A stretch of 64,000 nt of DNA, from the NCBI GenBank assembly GCA_965202585.1, contig OZ241831.1:65162001-65226000 (forward strand). The letters are read 5' to 3'. This document shows, piece by piece, positions 36,961-52,085 of this stretch. Numbering within the stretch: the first letter of the stretch is position 1; every line of letters starts with the position of its first letter. A model generated the notes under the pieces. The model was not told where the DNA came from and ran no database searches. It saw nothing but the letters and a program-made list of their open reading frames with translations. A program made the position numbers and the translations under genes. The DNA comes from Thalia democratica. Its lineage: Eukaryota.

Positions 36961-39900
36961 TAAGAGGTTTGTTTTTCGTCTTATAAAATATTATTAGAAA
37001 ACTTAAAATTTTCGTTGAGTGATGTATAAATGAGTATCAAAATATATATATAGTACACTGATCTACAATGCTATACTTTAGTCTGTAAATTTATATGTAC
37101 CATGTCGTAGTTTCATATTCTAAAAAGAATCTTTGGAATCGATAAAAATCAAAAAAAATATATATTTGTTGTTGTTTTTTTATAACTAAATTTAAAAGGT
37201 ACGTTAGCACTAGTTACAATAAATTTTACGTTAATAAAAAAATTCATTCTTATTAATTATTGTTCGTTTAGTTATTTGAATTTATATATTTTTAATATGA
37301 ATAATAAATTATCAAGATTTTGAGTTAACTTTTAGTAACAAATAAAACTAAAAGTTAGGTATTTTAAAAACACTAGTTACAGCTTAATTTAGGAGCGTAA
37401 CTCTTAACTAGGTTTTTTTGTTTGTTAGGTTTTTATAACTATAAGAACTTATAAAACTAATAAAGTTAAACAAAAAATAAATAGAGATGTTATATTTAAA
37501 TGTAGCAAGGAAACTTTTTTGCTTAAATTGAAATGTTTAAACACTTTATGTTTTTTCTTTAATATGATTTTTTTCTTACTTTTAGAAAATAATTAAGTTA
37601 TTAGTGTAAATCAATTATTTTTGTTTTCGGTTATTGCGCACAAAATTTTCCAGTTAAAATTTTTGTTAACTAAGTTTTACTAAATGTTTTCATATCTTTA
37701 ATCAAACGTGTTAAAATGATAAAGCACCACTTTTTATAATTTTTTTATTAAAATATTTTTAAAATGATGTAAATATCTACGATAATGCTTGATTATTATA
37801 AGTTAAAGTAGTTACTATAAAAATTTTATAATTAACCAGTTAGTATAAATGTATTAAGAAAACATTCAGCTTTTTTAGCTAGAAATTAATTTTAGTGTTA
37901 ATTAATTTTTAACCAGAAAATACAATTTTAAACAAAAACAAAAGACTATTTAAGTTATCGTTAGTAAATACATACTATCTACCATATAATGTAAATAAAA
38001 AAATTTAACAATATTGACTTTAAATGATGTGAAAATAAGTAACAATTTATAATTTATTTTGTGAAACATTATTATATTCTATTACTTGTAGTCAGTAGTT
38101 TATACTAGGAGGTGATAAAACTATATAAACATATTTCTTCAAAAACAACGAGTAAGTAAACTAATATTGTGATAAATGAGAATATGAACAAGTATAAAAG
38201 AATCAATAAATAAAACTGAAATAAAATTTAAGGAAATAAAATAGTAAGCTAAACTAAATAGAGATCATCAAAAACATTTTTTTAATTTTGATGCAGCTTC
38301 TAATTTGACAAGGTCATAAAAAATACTGCAATAAATAATCGTTTTTAATCTAGGTGTTATAAACTTTTTGCTTAATGATTATTATTTATTTATTTTTCAG
38401 CTAATCAGAATTTTTAGTAGCGTTTGTCTTAACTTTAGGACTTACTTCCAAAAATTTCAACACACCTTTAGGTAAAAAAAAAAATCTATCCTAGTTTTAA
38501 ACTATTTGGAATTTTGTCCGGTATAGCTTCTTTTATAAAGGCAAGGTAGTTTAATTTTTGTATTATACAACTTTTAATTTATTCTGGTATTAGGCCTTTT
38601 AACTGCACTTTTAATTCTGATTTCGAAACAAATACAATTCTCAGAATTTTTCATTGTACGTTGATTTAGTTAAGAATTTTTTTTTTTTTCAAACACACGT
38701 CATCTGCAATATATGATAGTTTCAAAACTACTGTGAACTTCAGGTCTATATACCTTAGTTTTGTTTAGGTTATTTCCATGTATAATTCAATTTAATTACC
38801 AAACTTGAATTTTTTCATTGAAAAAATTATTAGTTTTAAAACAAATTCTAACAAATTAGATTTAAAACCTAAAATAAAATGAAATAATTTAAGTTTAATA
38901 CCAGTTTTAAATTTTTTTTAAATATGAATGTTTTTATTAATGTCTTTATGAGTAGCTGGACTGACCTATTCAGTCTTTTTAAATAAAACTAAGATCACAA
39001 AAACTAAGAACATTATATATTTAAAAGAATGTTAATAAATTAACCTTATTTTCAAATTTCAATACTTTGACCTTTTTATGACATCATAATCAAGTTTAAA
39101 GTTTTGTATAGACTATAGAAGCGAATTTACTAATAAAAGTGAGAATACCTGATTAAACATCGTTTTCGTTAAAATTTTTTTTATCATATTTTTACAGGGG
39201 TCGCTTTAAAAACAAGCCTAAACACGCCCTTCTTCAATATAAATATATATTTTTCCTTAATGATCAATTTTTACGCAAAACTAATATTCGGTTCCGAACA
39301 TTCAGTTTAAGTACTTTTTTGGTTTGCTGTAAGCAAAACATCATTGTAAAGTTCCTAACTAGAACATCAATAATAATAAAAGCAAGTGTCTTTATTTTAT
39401 TCTTAAATTATAATATAAAATTAGTCAAAATTTATAATCATCTGTTATACTAGTTAACAACTAAAACACATGAAGGTAATACCCGTTCATATTTTACCTT
39501 TTTGTATGAACTACGTTAGCACAATTTCATACAATCATTTTACACAAAACAGAAGTATAAGTTAAAAAAATCGTTATAAAAGTAAGTTTAATGACCACTA
39601 GAGAAAAATGCTAACAGTTTTTTTTTAGTATCTGGTGTAAAAAAAGACCTATTGATCAGCTTATAATACAACTCATACCTATATCAACAGCTTGAACTTC
39701 TGAAGCTTATTATTAAAACTGTTTTTAATAGTAAGTAATTATCATATCAATATAACCAAAATAATTTTAACGTAATCTATATATATAATTTATTGTTAAA
39801 AAAAAATCGATTTTTAAATATTAAGATTAGTTTTTTAAAAACTGATTAGTCCTTACTAAACCTTTTATTTTACATGAAAGAAAGTAAAAATGTAACTTAG

Positions 39901-40792
39901 TAAGAGTTTTAGTCAAACTTGTAATGTTGCTATAAGCAGATTATTTTATCTTTAAATTCGGGTGAACTACCAAAGATAATTTATTTCTTAAAAAAACCAT
40001 AAGTTAATTGAAAAATAAAATAACTACTAAACTTTCTGAAAGTATTTCAACTTAATATGTTGTTAAATGGTTTTAAATGAATTTAGTTATTATTATACAC
40101 CTTGCAAAATACTAAAAGTTATTGACTAATTTGATCAGTTTATTTAGGTATTTATGTTTCCTTCTGCCCTATCTGAACAATTTAATTAAAAATTTACTTA
40201 ATTTATACTTAGATACTGAATAAACGATAAAAATGATCAAATTAAAAAAACTTAAATTTAAAACAAATTTTTTGTTGAAGGAAAAAAGGAAATTTGTTTA
40301 CTATTTGCTATTCAGCTTTTTTAATCACACTGAAGTTAAAAAATATAATAAGAAGTTGTCAGAAAGAAGTGCTTTCTGTCTAGTTCATTATCTCATACCT
40401 TAGAAAACTTATACAAACATTAGTTTTGCCTAACTCAAGTTTACAAATAATATAAACCTAAACTTTATAATTAAGTTTTAAAAATCAAAATTCTATTCAG
40501 ATTGAAATAAACATTTTGTATGTTGCCTACTTAAAAAATTTTAAAACAAAAAATTTCTAAACATCTGTATCTTACTACAACTATTAAATAGAAGGTAAAT
40601 AAATACTAAAAAATCATAAGAACAAGTTTATAATAGTTAAAACAGCTTTACTTTTGTGAAATAAAATGTTTTCGAGTATTTGATAATTATTAGTGTTTTT
40701 GTTCAATTAGAAGTTTAGTATTTAAAAATAAGATAACGCTCAGATATGTAAACTTTATTAATAAAAATGCATCTGAAGTAAAATTAAATGTA

Positions 40793-41494
40793 AAGTATCC
40801 TCTAGCATCTTTACGCACTCGTGACGTTACGCAATTTCGTTTAGTTACGCATTTTAGAATTCTAAAAAAATCAAAAAACAAAAATTTTAATTTTTTTCTT
40901 AATATTGCACTAAATAGGTTTATCGAATATTTTCAATATCATATATATCTTTAGACTCTGTAAACTTATGTTCCTTGACTAATTGATAAACATTTAGTTA
41001 TACCTCAGTATATCAGAAATTAACATTAAGAGATTTAAAAATGAAAGTTTAATGATATAAGTTTATAAACAAATTTTAATATAGACACCATTTCTTAATT
41101 GCGAATAAATGTTTAATTATAAATTGAGCTTTCTAAGTAAAATAGAATACAAATTTTAAGTATCAAATAAGTCACATATAAACAAAAATAAAGATAAAAT
41201 CTACTTATTATTAAAATTAGTAGCTTTTATATAAAAGTATTATTATTTTATTCAAATTTAAATCCTTTTTTTTTCTAATCTATGTACAGTTTTTTTTTGT
41301 TTTTATATTTTTAAATAAAGTAAACAAACTGTTAAAAGTGGCAAAGTCTTCATTTTGCTTTTAACTACAATTAATATAAAAAAACAGCCATTATAAGTAA
41401 GTATATTTGATACTTCTCGTATCTTTACGATTTCTCTTATCTTTACGCACTTTTTTTGTGGACACAAGGTGCGTAAATAAGCGAGAGGTTACTG
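40793..41494. mobile_element. ~700-bp Tc1/mariner (pogo/Tigger-like) MITE with TA target-site duplication
   Basis: Left end TAaagtatcctctagcatctttacgcac vs reverse complement of right end TAcagtaacctctcgcttatttacgcac (23/28 match). TA on both sides. Paralogous spacers show the empty site (atgTAca at ~10113 and ~35123). Confidence 0.8.
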
Positions 41495-41584
41495 TATACA
41501 ACTTATTTTTATATATTATTACTTGTTTTAAATTACATATTTTATAATTTATTTTGATTTAGCCATGTACTTTTTAGTCAACAG

Positions 41585-41872
41585 GTAATCTAATAAGTAA
41601 CATGAAACAGATATTACAACAAATCAGCCTGAATTCATTTAAAAATAATTTGTTATTTCAGAAATAGATGATACGTTAATTGAGTACTATCTTAAAATAA
41701 AATGGACCTTTTTTAGCTTCAATTATTAAGTTTAACAAACTTAGATACAATTTACAAAACGAGCATTTTTTTATAAAATAGTTTTTTTTGATTTAAAGTT
41801 TTAATTAACAATTAATTATATAATAATCTAAATTAAGTACATCAATCCTCCACTATTGAACATAACTTTTAG
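41585..41872 (+). other. Predicted 5'-UTR intron of the class A zinc-finger genes (this copy as the example)
   Basis: Conserved donor-like caacag|gtaatc and acceptor-like ttttag| 16 nt before the ATG. Homologous pairs: 10203-10491 (GC donor), 14121-14423, 21480-21744, 35452-35746. Confidence 0.55.
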
Positions 41873-41888
41873 CACTTAAGTTAAAACT

Positions 41889-42614
41889 ATGTGTGATTCT
41901 GGTCAAAACATAAGTCAAATGGTTTCGAAAAGTGTTTTTTGTGATGTTTGTAAAAAGACTTTCAAAACTAAATCCTACCTGAAATATCACAAAAGAATAC
42001 ATACAGATGAAAAACCATACAAATGTGATATTTGTGACAAAAAATTTATAATTAAAAGTAACTTAACAAGTCACATGTTTGTACACAGCGGTAAAAAAGA
42101 CTTTCAATGTTTTGTTTGTCATAACAATTTTGCTCGCAAATCCGATTTAAAACAACATTTAGTTACTCACACAAAGGATAAACTTTTTAAATGTGTTGTT
42201 TGTGACAAAAGTTTTACTACAAAAGGTAATGTGAAGAGACACATGTTAGTTCATACTGGTTTAAAGGAACATCATTGTGAAGTCTGCAAGAAGAAGTTTT
42301 CCCAGAAGGGCGATTTGACACGGCATGTGTTGACTCATACTAATGTGAAAGAACATGAATGTGATATTTGTAAAAAGAAGTTTTCTCAGAAAGGAAGTTT
42401 AGTCAGACACTTTAGAATTCACTTAGGAGAAAAACCTTATGGTTGTGCAGAATGTGGAAAATGGTTTACTGACAATTCTCATCGAAATAGGCATATTAAA
42501 ACTCATCATAAGGAGTTAAGTAAAGAGCAACAATCAGAACTGAAGTGTAATATTCAAAGAAGCATTGTTTATGAATATCTTAAAACAATATCTGAATACA
42601 ATTCGAAGTATTAA
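41889..42614 (+). CDS. 7-finger C2H2 zinc-finger protein, class A, 241 aa
   Basis: Intact ORF, all 7 fingers complete, conserved tail. Confidence 0.93.
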   Translation: MCDSGQNISQMVSKSVFCDVCKKTFKTKSYLKYHKRIHTDEKPYKCDICDKKFIIKSNLTSHMFVHSGKKDFQCFVCHNNFARKSDLKQHLVTHTKDKLFKCVVCDKSFTTKGNVKRHMLVHTGLKEHHCEVCKKKFSQKGDLTRHVLTHTNVKEHECDICKKKFSQKGSLVRHFRIHLGEKPYGCAECGKWFTDNSHRNRHIKTHHKELSKEQQSELKCNIQRSIVYEYLKTISEYNSKY

Positions 42615-43331
42615 AATCAAGTTTATCTTAAATAATTAAATACTTTTATTGATGTATAATTTTGAATAATATATAATAGTACACTAGTATATTATGCTCT
42701 CTGTTTAACTATTTGATTTGATGAAACTATTTATAAAGGTAAAAGAATCTCTTTAAAAATTATAAAATTTTAGTTTTTAAATATTTATAAATATCTGTAC
42801 AATTTAATGTTAAATAGATCGATTTCTTATACAAATACTTAGGCTATAGAATTTATGACTGTTTATAATAGTTTATTTACAAACTATTCAAACCTTTTTT
42901 TTATTGAATTTGGTTATCAAATTTCGTGTTCTGCAACTAAAATACTAGATTTGGTTTTAAGGAAAGTTAATTTTATGACATACAAGGAAAAAAACACTTT
43001 AAAATTTTTAAACTACATTTACTGTTAAACTTAAATAATGGTTAACTAAAGCAGATACTTTTTTTATTATTTAGATTAAGGAATTATATAATGTTGCTAA
43101 TCGTTTGTTTGATAAATGCTCGATTTAACTATTGAATTTAATTTTGATTTAATATGATAAATAACATTTTATTTAAAGATGTTTGTCGAATTTATTGTAA
43201 ATAATAGAAAAAATTTGCTACTTTTATGGCCAAACCATGTCTAAACAATTAATTTATTTGAAGCAAACTTTGACATTTTTTTATTCAAACTTTTAAGTTT
43301 TAATATATTTAAATCTCTGCTTTTATATTAC

Positions 43332-44028
43332 GTGAAATTAATAAACTACTCAAAGTTTTAAGTGTGATATTTGCGAGAAAGCTTTTAATTAAAAATCACA
43401 AGTTGAATGTCCATAAAACAACTCATACTATACTAAAACAAAATCGTACAAACGTTAAGATTGCGACAAACTTTTTCTAAGAAAAGCAATTTAACAAGAC
43501 ATACGTTGGTACTAAGTGGTATAAAAGGTTTTCAATGTTATGTTTGTGGAAAATACTTCGCACAAAGGTTATTTAAAGCGACATTTAGATACTCAAACTA
43601 AAGGAAAACTATACAAGTGTGATTTATGTTTAGAGTTTATGCAAGGAACTGTATTTTGAAGAAACATATGCTACTTCATATGTGATTAAAAGAGCATTAG
43701 TTTGAAGGTTGTAAGAAAAATTGCTCAAAAACATATTTTAAATAACTTGACTCATACTAAAGTATAAGCTCATGAATGTGATATTCGGAAGAAAAACTTT
43801 TCAATGAAGGATAATTTAGTCAATCACTTTATAATTCACTTAGGAGAGAGACCGTATGGTTGTGCAGAATGTGGAAAATGGTTTACTTACGCTTGTGCAA
43901 GAACTAGACATATTCGTACTTGTCATAAGAAACTAAGCAAAGAGCAACAATCAGAACTGAAGTGTAAAATACAAAGAACTTTTGGTCATGACTATCTTTA
44001 GTCAATATCTGAACATAATCTTAATTAG
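43332..44028 (+). pseudogene. Degenerate C2H2 zinc-finger pseudogene (finger 1 ends LNVHKTTH, third N-terminal class)
   Basis: KCDICEKAF at ~43360, then many stops and frameshifts through fingers 1-6. The 3' part [17 protein letters not shown]...[25 protein letters not shown] is well preserved. The 5' boundary is approximate. Confidence 0.85.
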
Positions 44029-47000
44029 TTAAAATGTTACAATTTGTTATTAAACAAATGAGATCAAAATCTGAGTGATGTATAAACTTGTATAACAACC
44101 TCTAAAGTTTTACTTAATCTTTTACATTCTAGGTTGTTTTATTACTATATATATTTGGTTTTGATAGTTTTATTATTATAAATGTCCTTTAAAATCTAAA
44201 AACATAAACATCTTACATTAATATTTAGCACTTTTAGGTTTCAAGAAAACATGTAATTCATTGTATTCAATATAACATCTAAAATATTTATTGATTTTGT
44301 GTTTAATTATATACTTTTTGTTAAATAAACATAGTTTTCATAACTAATAATTTTTTGATTTCATAAGAAGTTTATTATAAGCAGTAAATTATAATATAAG
44401 TATTAGTTTAATAGAATCATAATGTCAATTTAATGTATAAAAAGTATTGAACAAAAACCAGTTTGAAAATTTTCGACGGTTAAAATAAAGTAAATATTTA
44501 AATATAATAAGTAAAAATGTTGACATACTTTAAGAATAAAAATAATTTAATTTTTTTTAAGTTTTTTGGAACTATTTTAGGTGCTAGCTTGTCTAATCCC
44601 GCAATTAAGCTGAATCATAAATCGTCTAAAAATGTTCTTTAGAATTAATTTAGCATAAAATTTATTAATAAAAAAAGGTAACAACATCTTAGTTAAATAT
44701 AAAAAACAATTTTTCTTAATTCGAGTTAATAAGTATTTAGACCAATGTTAAAGTTTCAAATAAAAACTATTAGAAAACTATTATTAAAAAAAAAATAAAT
44801 AATTCAATATTTCTAAATTATTTTGAAGAAAAGATGTTTTATTGTGGTTGAGACTAATTTACTAAAGAATAGGGCAACTTTTTAAATTTTGCTTAAAAAA
44901 AGTTTTCAGCGTAATAAATAATTTGTAATACGTGATTTAATAAATACTTTTAAAACTAAAGGTCACATCAACATAATTGATAAAGTAGCATTACTTTTTT
45001 TTTAATTTTAGCCTACTTTAAATAATATTAAAGACCTTAAACTCATTTAGTTATTACTATTATTTCATTTTCATAAACACAAGTTAATAATACCTTTGTA
45101 TAAAATAATGCCGGCAAAAATTTTTAAGACACTTCTCTAATACAAATAACTCCCACAGTTACCTCATAAATTAATAAAACCATTTCAGATTGAATAAAAC
45201 TAAAATACTGCTTTTGATAATCAAATCAATTAAAATTAATCAAGTTTGACAAATCGTAATTATAGCTAATTTTTTTAGTTTTGAAGATAGAATGTTAACT
45301 CATTTAGTTTTGAATTTATAATTGCTTATATTCACTTTATACATGTTTTTTTTTAGAGAAGATTTCATAGGTTTTTATAAAATATTAAAAAAGTGTTATC
45401 TTATTAAGTAGCTTTCAATAGAACTAAACTGACAATGTTTTAAATGATTATTTGAGATCAACAAACACATGCTTTTAATACGCTTAAGTAATGAGTATTC
45501 TTAAAAACTAATAAAATACATAAAATAAAAATTTACTAAATAAACACAAAGTTATAAACTATAAATAATACTCGGGTCGAAAGTTATTTTAGAATATAAT
45601 ATAAACTACAGACTCTGAAAAAGAAAACAACGTGTAACATTCTTTTTTTAAATTAAGTTGATAAGTAATAAAGCTACTTTGGCGCAAATTTCTTATTTAT
45701 TACATTTGCGCTATATGTTCACAAGTTTTATGTTACCACTCTGCCTCACTTGAACAAAAAACTTTAAGTGCTTTAGTTTTATTTAAAGTTTTACTAATTC
45801 TGAAACAAACTTTTTTAATGGTAAAATAAATCTAGTTTTTTACTTTAATTATTTGAATAATTGACTAACTACAAACATACAAAACAAAATTGGTGATGCT
45901 CTTACATTAGGAATAAGTCTAAATTCAGCTTTTAATGCTACTATTTTAATACAAATTAAACAGATATTATTGTAACAGTTCATACTATGTTAGAACCGTT
46001 TGAAACGATAACTATTAAGAAGTATAAAAAGCTAATATAAATTATGTTTTTTGTAAAATGTTTTATATTATAAATTAAGTCTAAGTAAGAGTTTTGTAAA
46101 TTAAACTAAAATATAAACTCTTATAACTATACATAGTTTTAAAACTTAATAAAAATGTAATTAGTAGTTTGTTTCTAAGAAAAACAAAAAGTATGTACTT
46201 TTTAAATTCTTATTTTATCATTCAAGTTCTGAACTGGTTTTACTCCAAAATTAGTTTTTAATAATTTAGTAAACAATATATATCACAAATTTGTGTACAT
46301 TTTTTTAAATTAAACTGTGTACATTAACATCTTATTTTCTATACTAATATGTGTCTTTTGTACTAATCAGTGGCATTAAAACGACTATAGCAATATGTTT
46401 TCAAACAACGAAGCTTATTATTTATTTATATATGCTTCAGAACTTTCAGAACTTAAAACTAAATTTTGGTTAAGTATTTTGTTTCTAACCAGTATTTTAA
46501 TAGTCTAAAAAATTTTACTCACGTTGTGACTAAATTAAAATTATTATTGCTATATTATATTTTAAACTTATTACTTTTATTTTTGTTTTAATATGTGAGA
46601 TAAAAAAAAACTAAATTTATTAGCCAATATTTTGATACATACTTTAAATCAATATATCTTAATTCTAAAGATGTAAATTGTACATACTTTACACAAAACT
46701 TGTTTGTGATGTTTTATAAAAAGAGAATTTATATCAAGTTTATTAAATAAACTGATCGTTACATAATTATTTTGTGTTCTATAATAAAGTATACTTCTAG
46801 ACTCTAGTCTGTTAAGATAGTTTTTTAGTAGTTTATTATGCCGTTTTTAAAATTCAATAACCGTTTGTAAATAAATTACAAAAAATTATTCTACAATTGT
46901 TTTATTTTTCTAAGTTTACTTGTAGAAAATATTTTAAATTGATAGAACTTTATAGGTTAATTTAATAACCTTCCTAAAGTATTTATAAACGATGATAAGA

Positions 47001-47142
47001 AAATAAAAATATGGTTTATTAAAAAGTATATTGTAGTTATATTTTAAGTTGTATTTAAAAATGTGTATGAATTTGATTTACTTAATATATTATTTCTTTT
47101 TATTAGTTTTTCGCATTAAATAGTTTTTTTCTAAGAAGTTGA

Positions 47143-47872
<730 letters not shown>

Positions 47873-50800
47873 AAGTTTGTTTGCCGAAAATTTTGAATAA
47901 CTCTGTTTTGTTTTATTTTTAATATTTCAGTTTATAAATTAATTATAATTTATGATGCCCTAGTTTTTTTATCGATATATATAAGTTAGCTCTTTAAATT
48001 AAAAAAATAATTTCCTCAAAAACAAAGAACATGTAAGTTTTTTTTTTTAAATCTCTATAAAATTTCCTAAGTAACTTTACTTCGAAAATACTTAAGCTAT
48101 AGAGACTATAATTGTTTAAATCGTACATTAAAGTGTTTTTCAGACTGTTTTAAATTTTATTAATTTCTTAAATTGAATTTGCTAAATAAATTTTTTTATG
48201 GATATAAAAAGTTAGAGCTTTATTTAAGGCAAAATTAATACTTTCTTTTATTTTAGAAATAAATATTTACTATTAATATAGCATAACTTTAAACATGACG
48301 TTTATCAGTTCTCATAAAAAACTTAGTTAGGTACATTTATCAAAAACTATTTGTTTAATTTAAAAGCATTTTTTATCAAATATCTTAAGACATAATATTA
48401 ATGTTATTGTAATTAGCCTTTTTATTAATACTTTGTTAATAAACTTTAATCAGTAAGAAAGTTTTGAGTAATAGCTAGTTGTATACATTAATAAACATTA
48501 CTTTAAAACTGAAAATTTTACTTTTTTAATTAACAATTCGTCTATTATCTTATGTTAAGTCTATTATTATAAAACTAATAAAATTAATTAAAGTAGAGTT
48601 TATTTTCATAAAACAAAATATATTCCATTTTATTTTTGATTTTTTCGCTTATCTGTTTACTATTATTAAAAAAAAAAACATGTTATTGTGCTTAATGTAA
48701 TTATTAATGTTGGTTATGATGTTTTATTTAAGTTAAAACTAAATTAGCTAAGATTAAGTTCTATTTTTTAAACCTATTGGTACCTTCAAAACCATAAGTA
48801 TTTTCTTGTTAAATTATTAGATTATTTTTAAGCTAATTAATTGATGCTTTAATTAATTTTAAGTAGTTAAGTAAATTTTTTATCATTATCAATTACAATT
48901 TGGTTGACTAACTAGACATTTTTAAAGTAATTTAGTATAGGAGATAAGTATTTTAATTGCGAATGACAAACTAACAATAAATTACACTTTTTGTTTTTGA
49001 ACAACTAAAAATAAATTTTAAACACTGTCATGGTTAATATTCATATTACTAGTAAATTTTAATATTTTTTTTTCAAGAAAAAATACACAATTAAAATCAC
49101 TATAAAAAATATTAATCTAAAGTAAGTTTTCATAAAGTCTTCATAGTTGAGTAGTATGATCAAAATCTCAATTTTAAAAAAAATGTAAAACTTTAAATCT
49201 ACAAAAGAGTTTTAGAAAATTATCTGCAACATGTAAATTTATTATATGAAAATAGGTAGAAAAATAAACTGATTTAAACTATTTAACTGTAAACGTAACT
49301 TTTTCTAAAGTTGACTTATAGTTTCGGGAAATGAGTATTATGTTTTTAATTTAAACTTAACAAAATTATATTAATTCAACTCTAACTTACATTAAATTTA
49401 AGTTTTATAGTTTATATTATTATATTAATAAAACAAATCGCATCTTAACTTCATATTATAAGATAAGTTAATAAATTTAGGAATATGAATAAAGTACATA
49501 TTAAACTAACAAGATTTTCTCGAATAATAATTTATATTAAACTGTTGTAAACATAAATAAAAACTTTAAGCTTATAAGTATTGGCTAATTAATTATGGAT
49601 TAAACTGCAAAATGTTTTAAAAGATAAAGGAAATTTACTACTATATTTATAGTACTATATTTTGAAGTATTTTTCTGACAAATTAATTAATTAAATAATA
49701 AAAATATACACAGATTGCATTAGGATGTGTTTATATGTTTTAATATTATATTCGTATACTTCACTGAGTATTTGCGGTTTTATGACTTTTATTTAGTCTA
49801 GACTAGACTTTAGTAGCTATACTCAGTTATACTTTTAGTATACTAACAGTAAACTTTCATTCGACAATTTAATTTGTTTTGTGTAAGTTTATTTGCTGAT
49901 GTGCTTTTATTAATTCTTTAACAAGATAATTAGTTTAAGTATGAATTGAAAATGCTATTTAAATGTAAAGCTAAAACTACCTTTATGTAATTTTTGTACA
50001 TATTCCTTTCTTACGCAGTAAATATTTTTTGTTTATTTTTCTGAAGTGCTTTATACAATTTATGTTTTATATTTGAATATATAAGAACAAAATCGACTTT
50101 CATTTTTTAAAATTATTAGTTTAAAGTAGATAAATTATATATTATTTTTCTTCAACCACATATAACTTAAACGTAGGTGTTTAAACTAATTCTACTTTTA
50201 ATATACTTTTTCTATATATTTCTTTGTTGTATAGTAAAAACCTTATAGTTACTTTCCTTGAGTTTTGTACCTGCTTTATGTTGTTATAGTTGAATATAAA
50301 AGTATAAGTTTCAGTTTAACTTGATAATTTAAGCATTTTAACATATAAAAACAAATGTTCTTTTTCCTGAGGCACAAATATCTAAACCTTTAATATTTTT
50401 AAACTGTTATTAACTTTAAAGCATTCACAACAGTATAACCTTATATTTTGAACAAAAAGCTAAGACACGTTTGTTATAAAAGTTTTATCTGATCCGTATG
50501 CTATAAATAAATAACATTACTTTAATTATAATTTAAAGCTTCTAACAAGATTGTGTTCTACTAAATCAGCTATGTGTGCAATATTTTAAAAAATAAAAAT
50601 ATCTTAGAAACAAAATTGAAGTTAAAATTATTTTTACAACTTTTATATGAGTGTATAACAACAACTTGTTTTACAAATCAATAATGTAAGCGATATTTAA
50701 ATAAAAATATCATAGAAATAAGCTCATATAATAATTGTAGTTTATAGTAACACTTTTAATATTCAAAGAAATATACATAAAAAAACAATTTTATAAATTG

Positions 50801-51407
50801 ATTCGTAACATTATCAAAAAAAAATTGTTCAATTTACGAATAGATGATCAAATAAAAAAGCATTATGTTTTGTTTTAGATTTATTAAATCATAGTGTAAG
50901 TGTTTAGAGATATATAAATGTTATTTGAGTCGGGTGAGGATGGAATATTATACTGACAGTTTATTTTACCTAATTTTAACTCTATTTGTTTGAATTAACT
51001 ATATAAATAGCGTTTTATGAAATGATACAAAAAGTTATAATTACAGATAGCATTATATCTAAACTATTACAAAAAATTAAATTTTAAGAGAAAGGCAATT
51101 GTTTGCTAAGTTAAAAATACAATTATGTATAAAATCAATTAGTTTTGTAAATTAAAGAATGTTTATTAATAAAAACTGTAAAAAACTACAAGAAAATTTA
51201 TTCTTTAATTAGAAATGTGATGATAAATTATCTAATGAAAATAACTGAACTATAACCAGTTTTAATTATACTTTCAGAGCACTTTTAACTAGATCTTATT
51301 TTTATATTAAGAGTTGAAAAATTTTCATTTCATACATATTTTATAGTTAAGTAAATAGAAACATCGAAAATTATTTTAGTTTGGATATTCTGAATATCTG
51401 AATATAA

Positions 51408-51981
51408 CTGAATATTCACAAAACAATTCATGCGGGAGAAAAGCCATACAAATGTAAAGACTGTGGTAAAAGTTTTAAGCGTAAAGGTGATTTGACAAAA
51501 CACATGTTGGTACATAGTGGTAAGAAGGATTTCCAATGTAATGTCTGTTTAAAATTATTTGCTCAAAAATGTAGTTTAAACCGACACATACAAACTCACA
51601 CTAAAGATAAACCATTCAAATGTAGCGAGTGTGATAAAAGCTTTACTCGAAAAGATAATAAAAAAGCTCATATGTTAATTCATATTGGTAAGAAAGTTTT
51701 TAAATGTGAAGTTTGTAAAAAGAAGTTTTAAAGAAAAGAAAATTTAAATTCTCATATGTTGACTCACACAAAAGTAAAGGCTATGAATGTGATATTTGCA
51801 AAAAGAAACTTATACATAAAAGTCAATTAGTTGATAACTTTAGAATTCACTTAGGAGAAAAACCTTATGGTTGTACGGAATGTGGAAAGTGGTTTACTGA
51901 ATGTTCTAATCGAAATAGACATATGAAAATTCACCATAAGGAGTTAAGTGAAGATCAACAATCAAAACTGAAGTGCAAAAT
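51408..51981 (+). pseudogene. C2H2 zinc-finger pseudogene truncated at both ends (last copy of the array)
   Basis: Starts at LNIHKTIHAGEKP (end of finger 1). Fingers 2-4 are intact, finger 5 has a TAA (51729-51731), and a frameshift precedes finger 6. The tail stops at LKCKI, where the inverted duplication begins. Confidence 0.85.
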
Positions 51982-52085
51982 AAGCGTTATAAAAGTAGGT
52001 TTTAAAACAAACACGCTAACAGTTTTTTTATAAGTATGTGGTGTACAAAAATACCTCTTGATCATCTAATCATACAACACATGCT

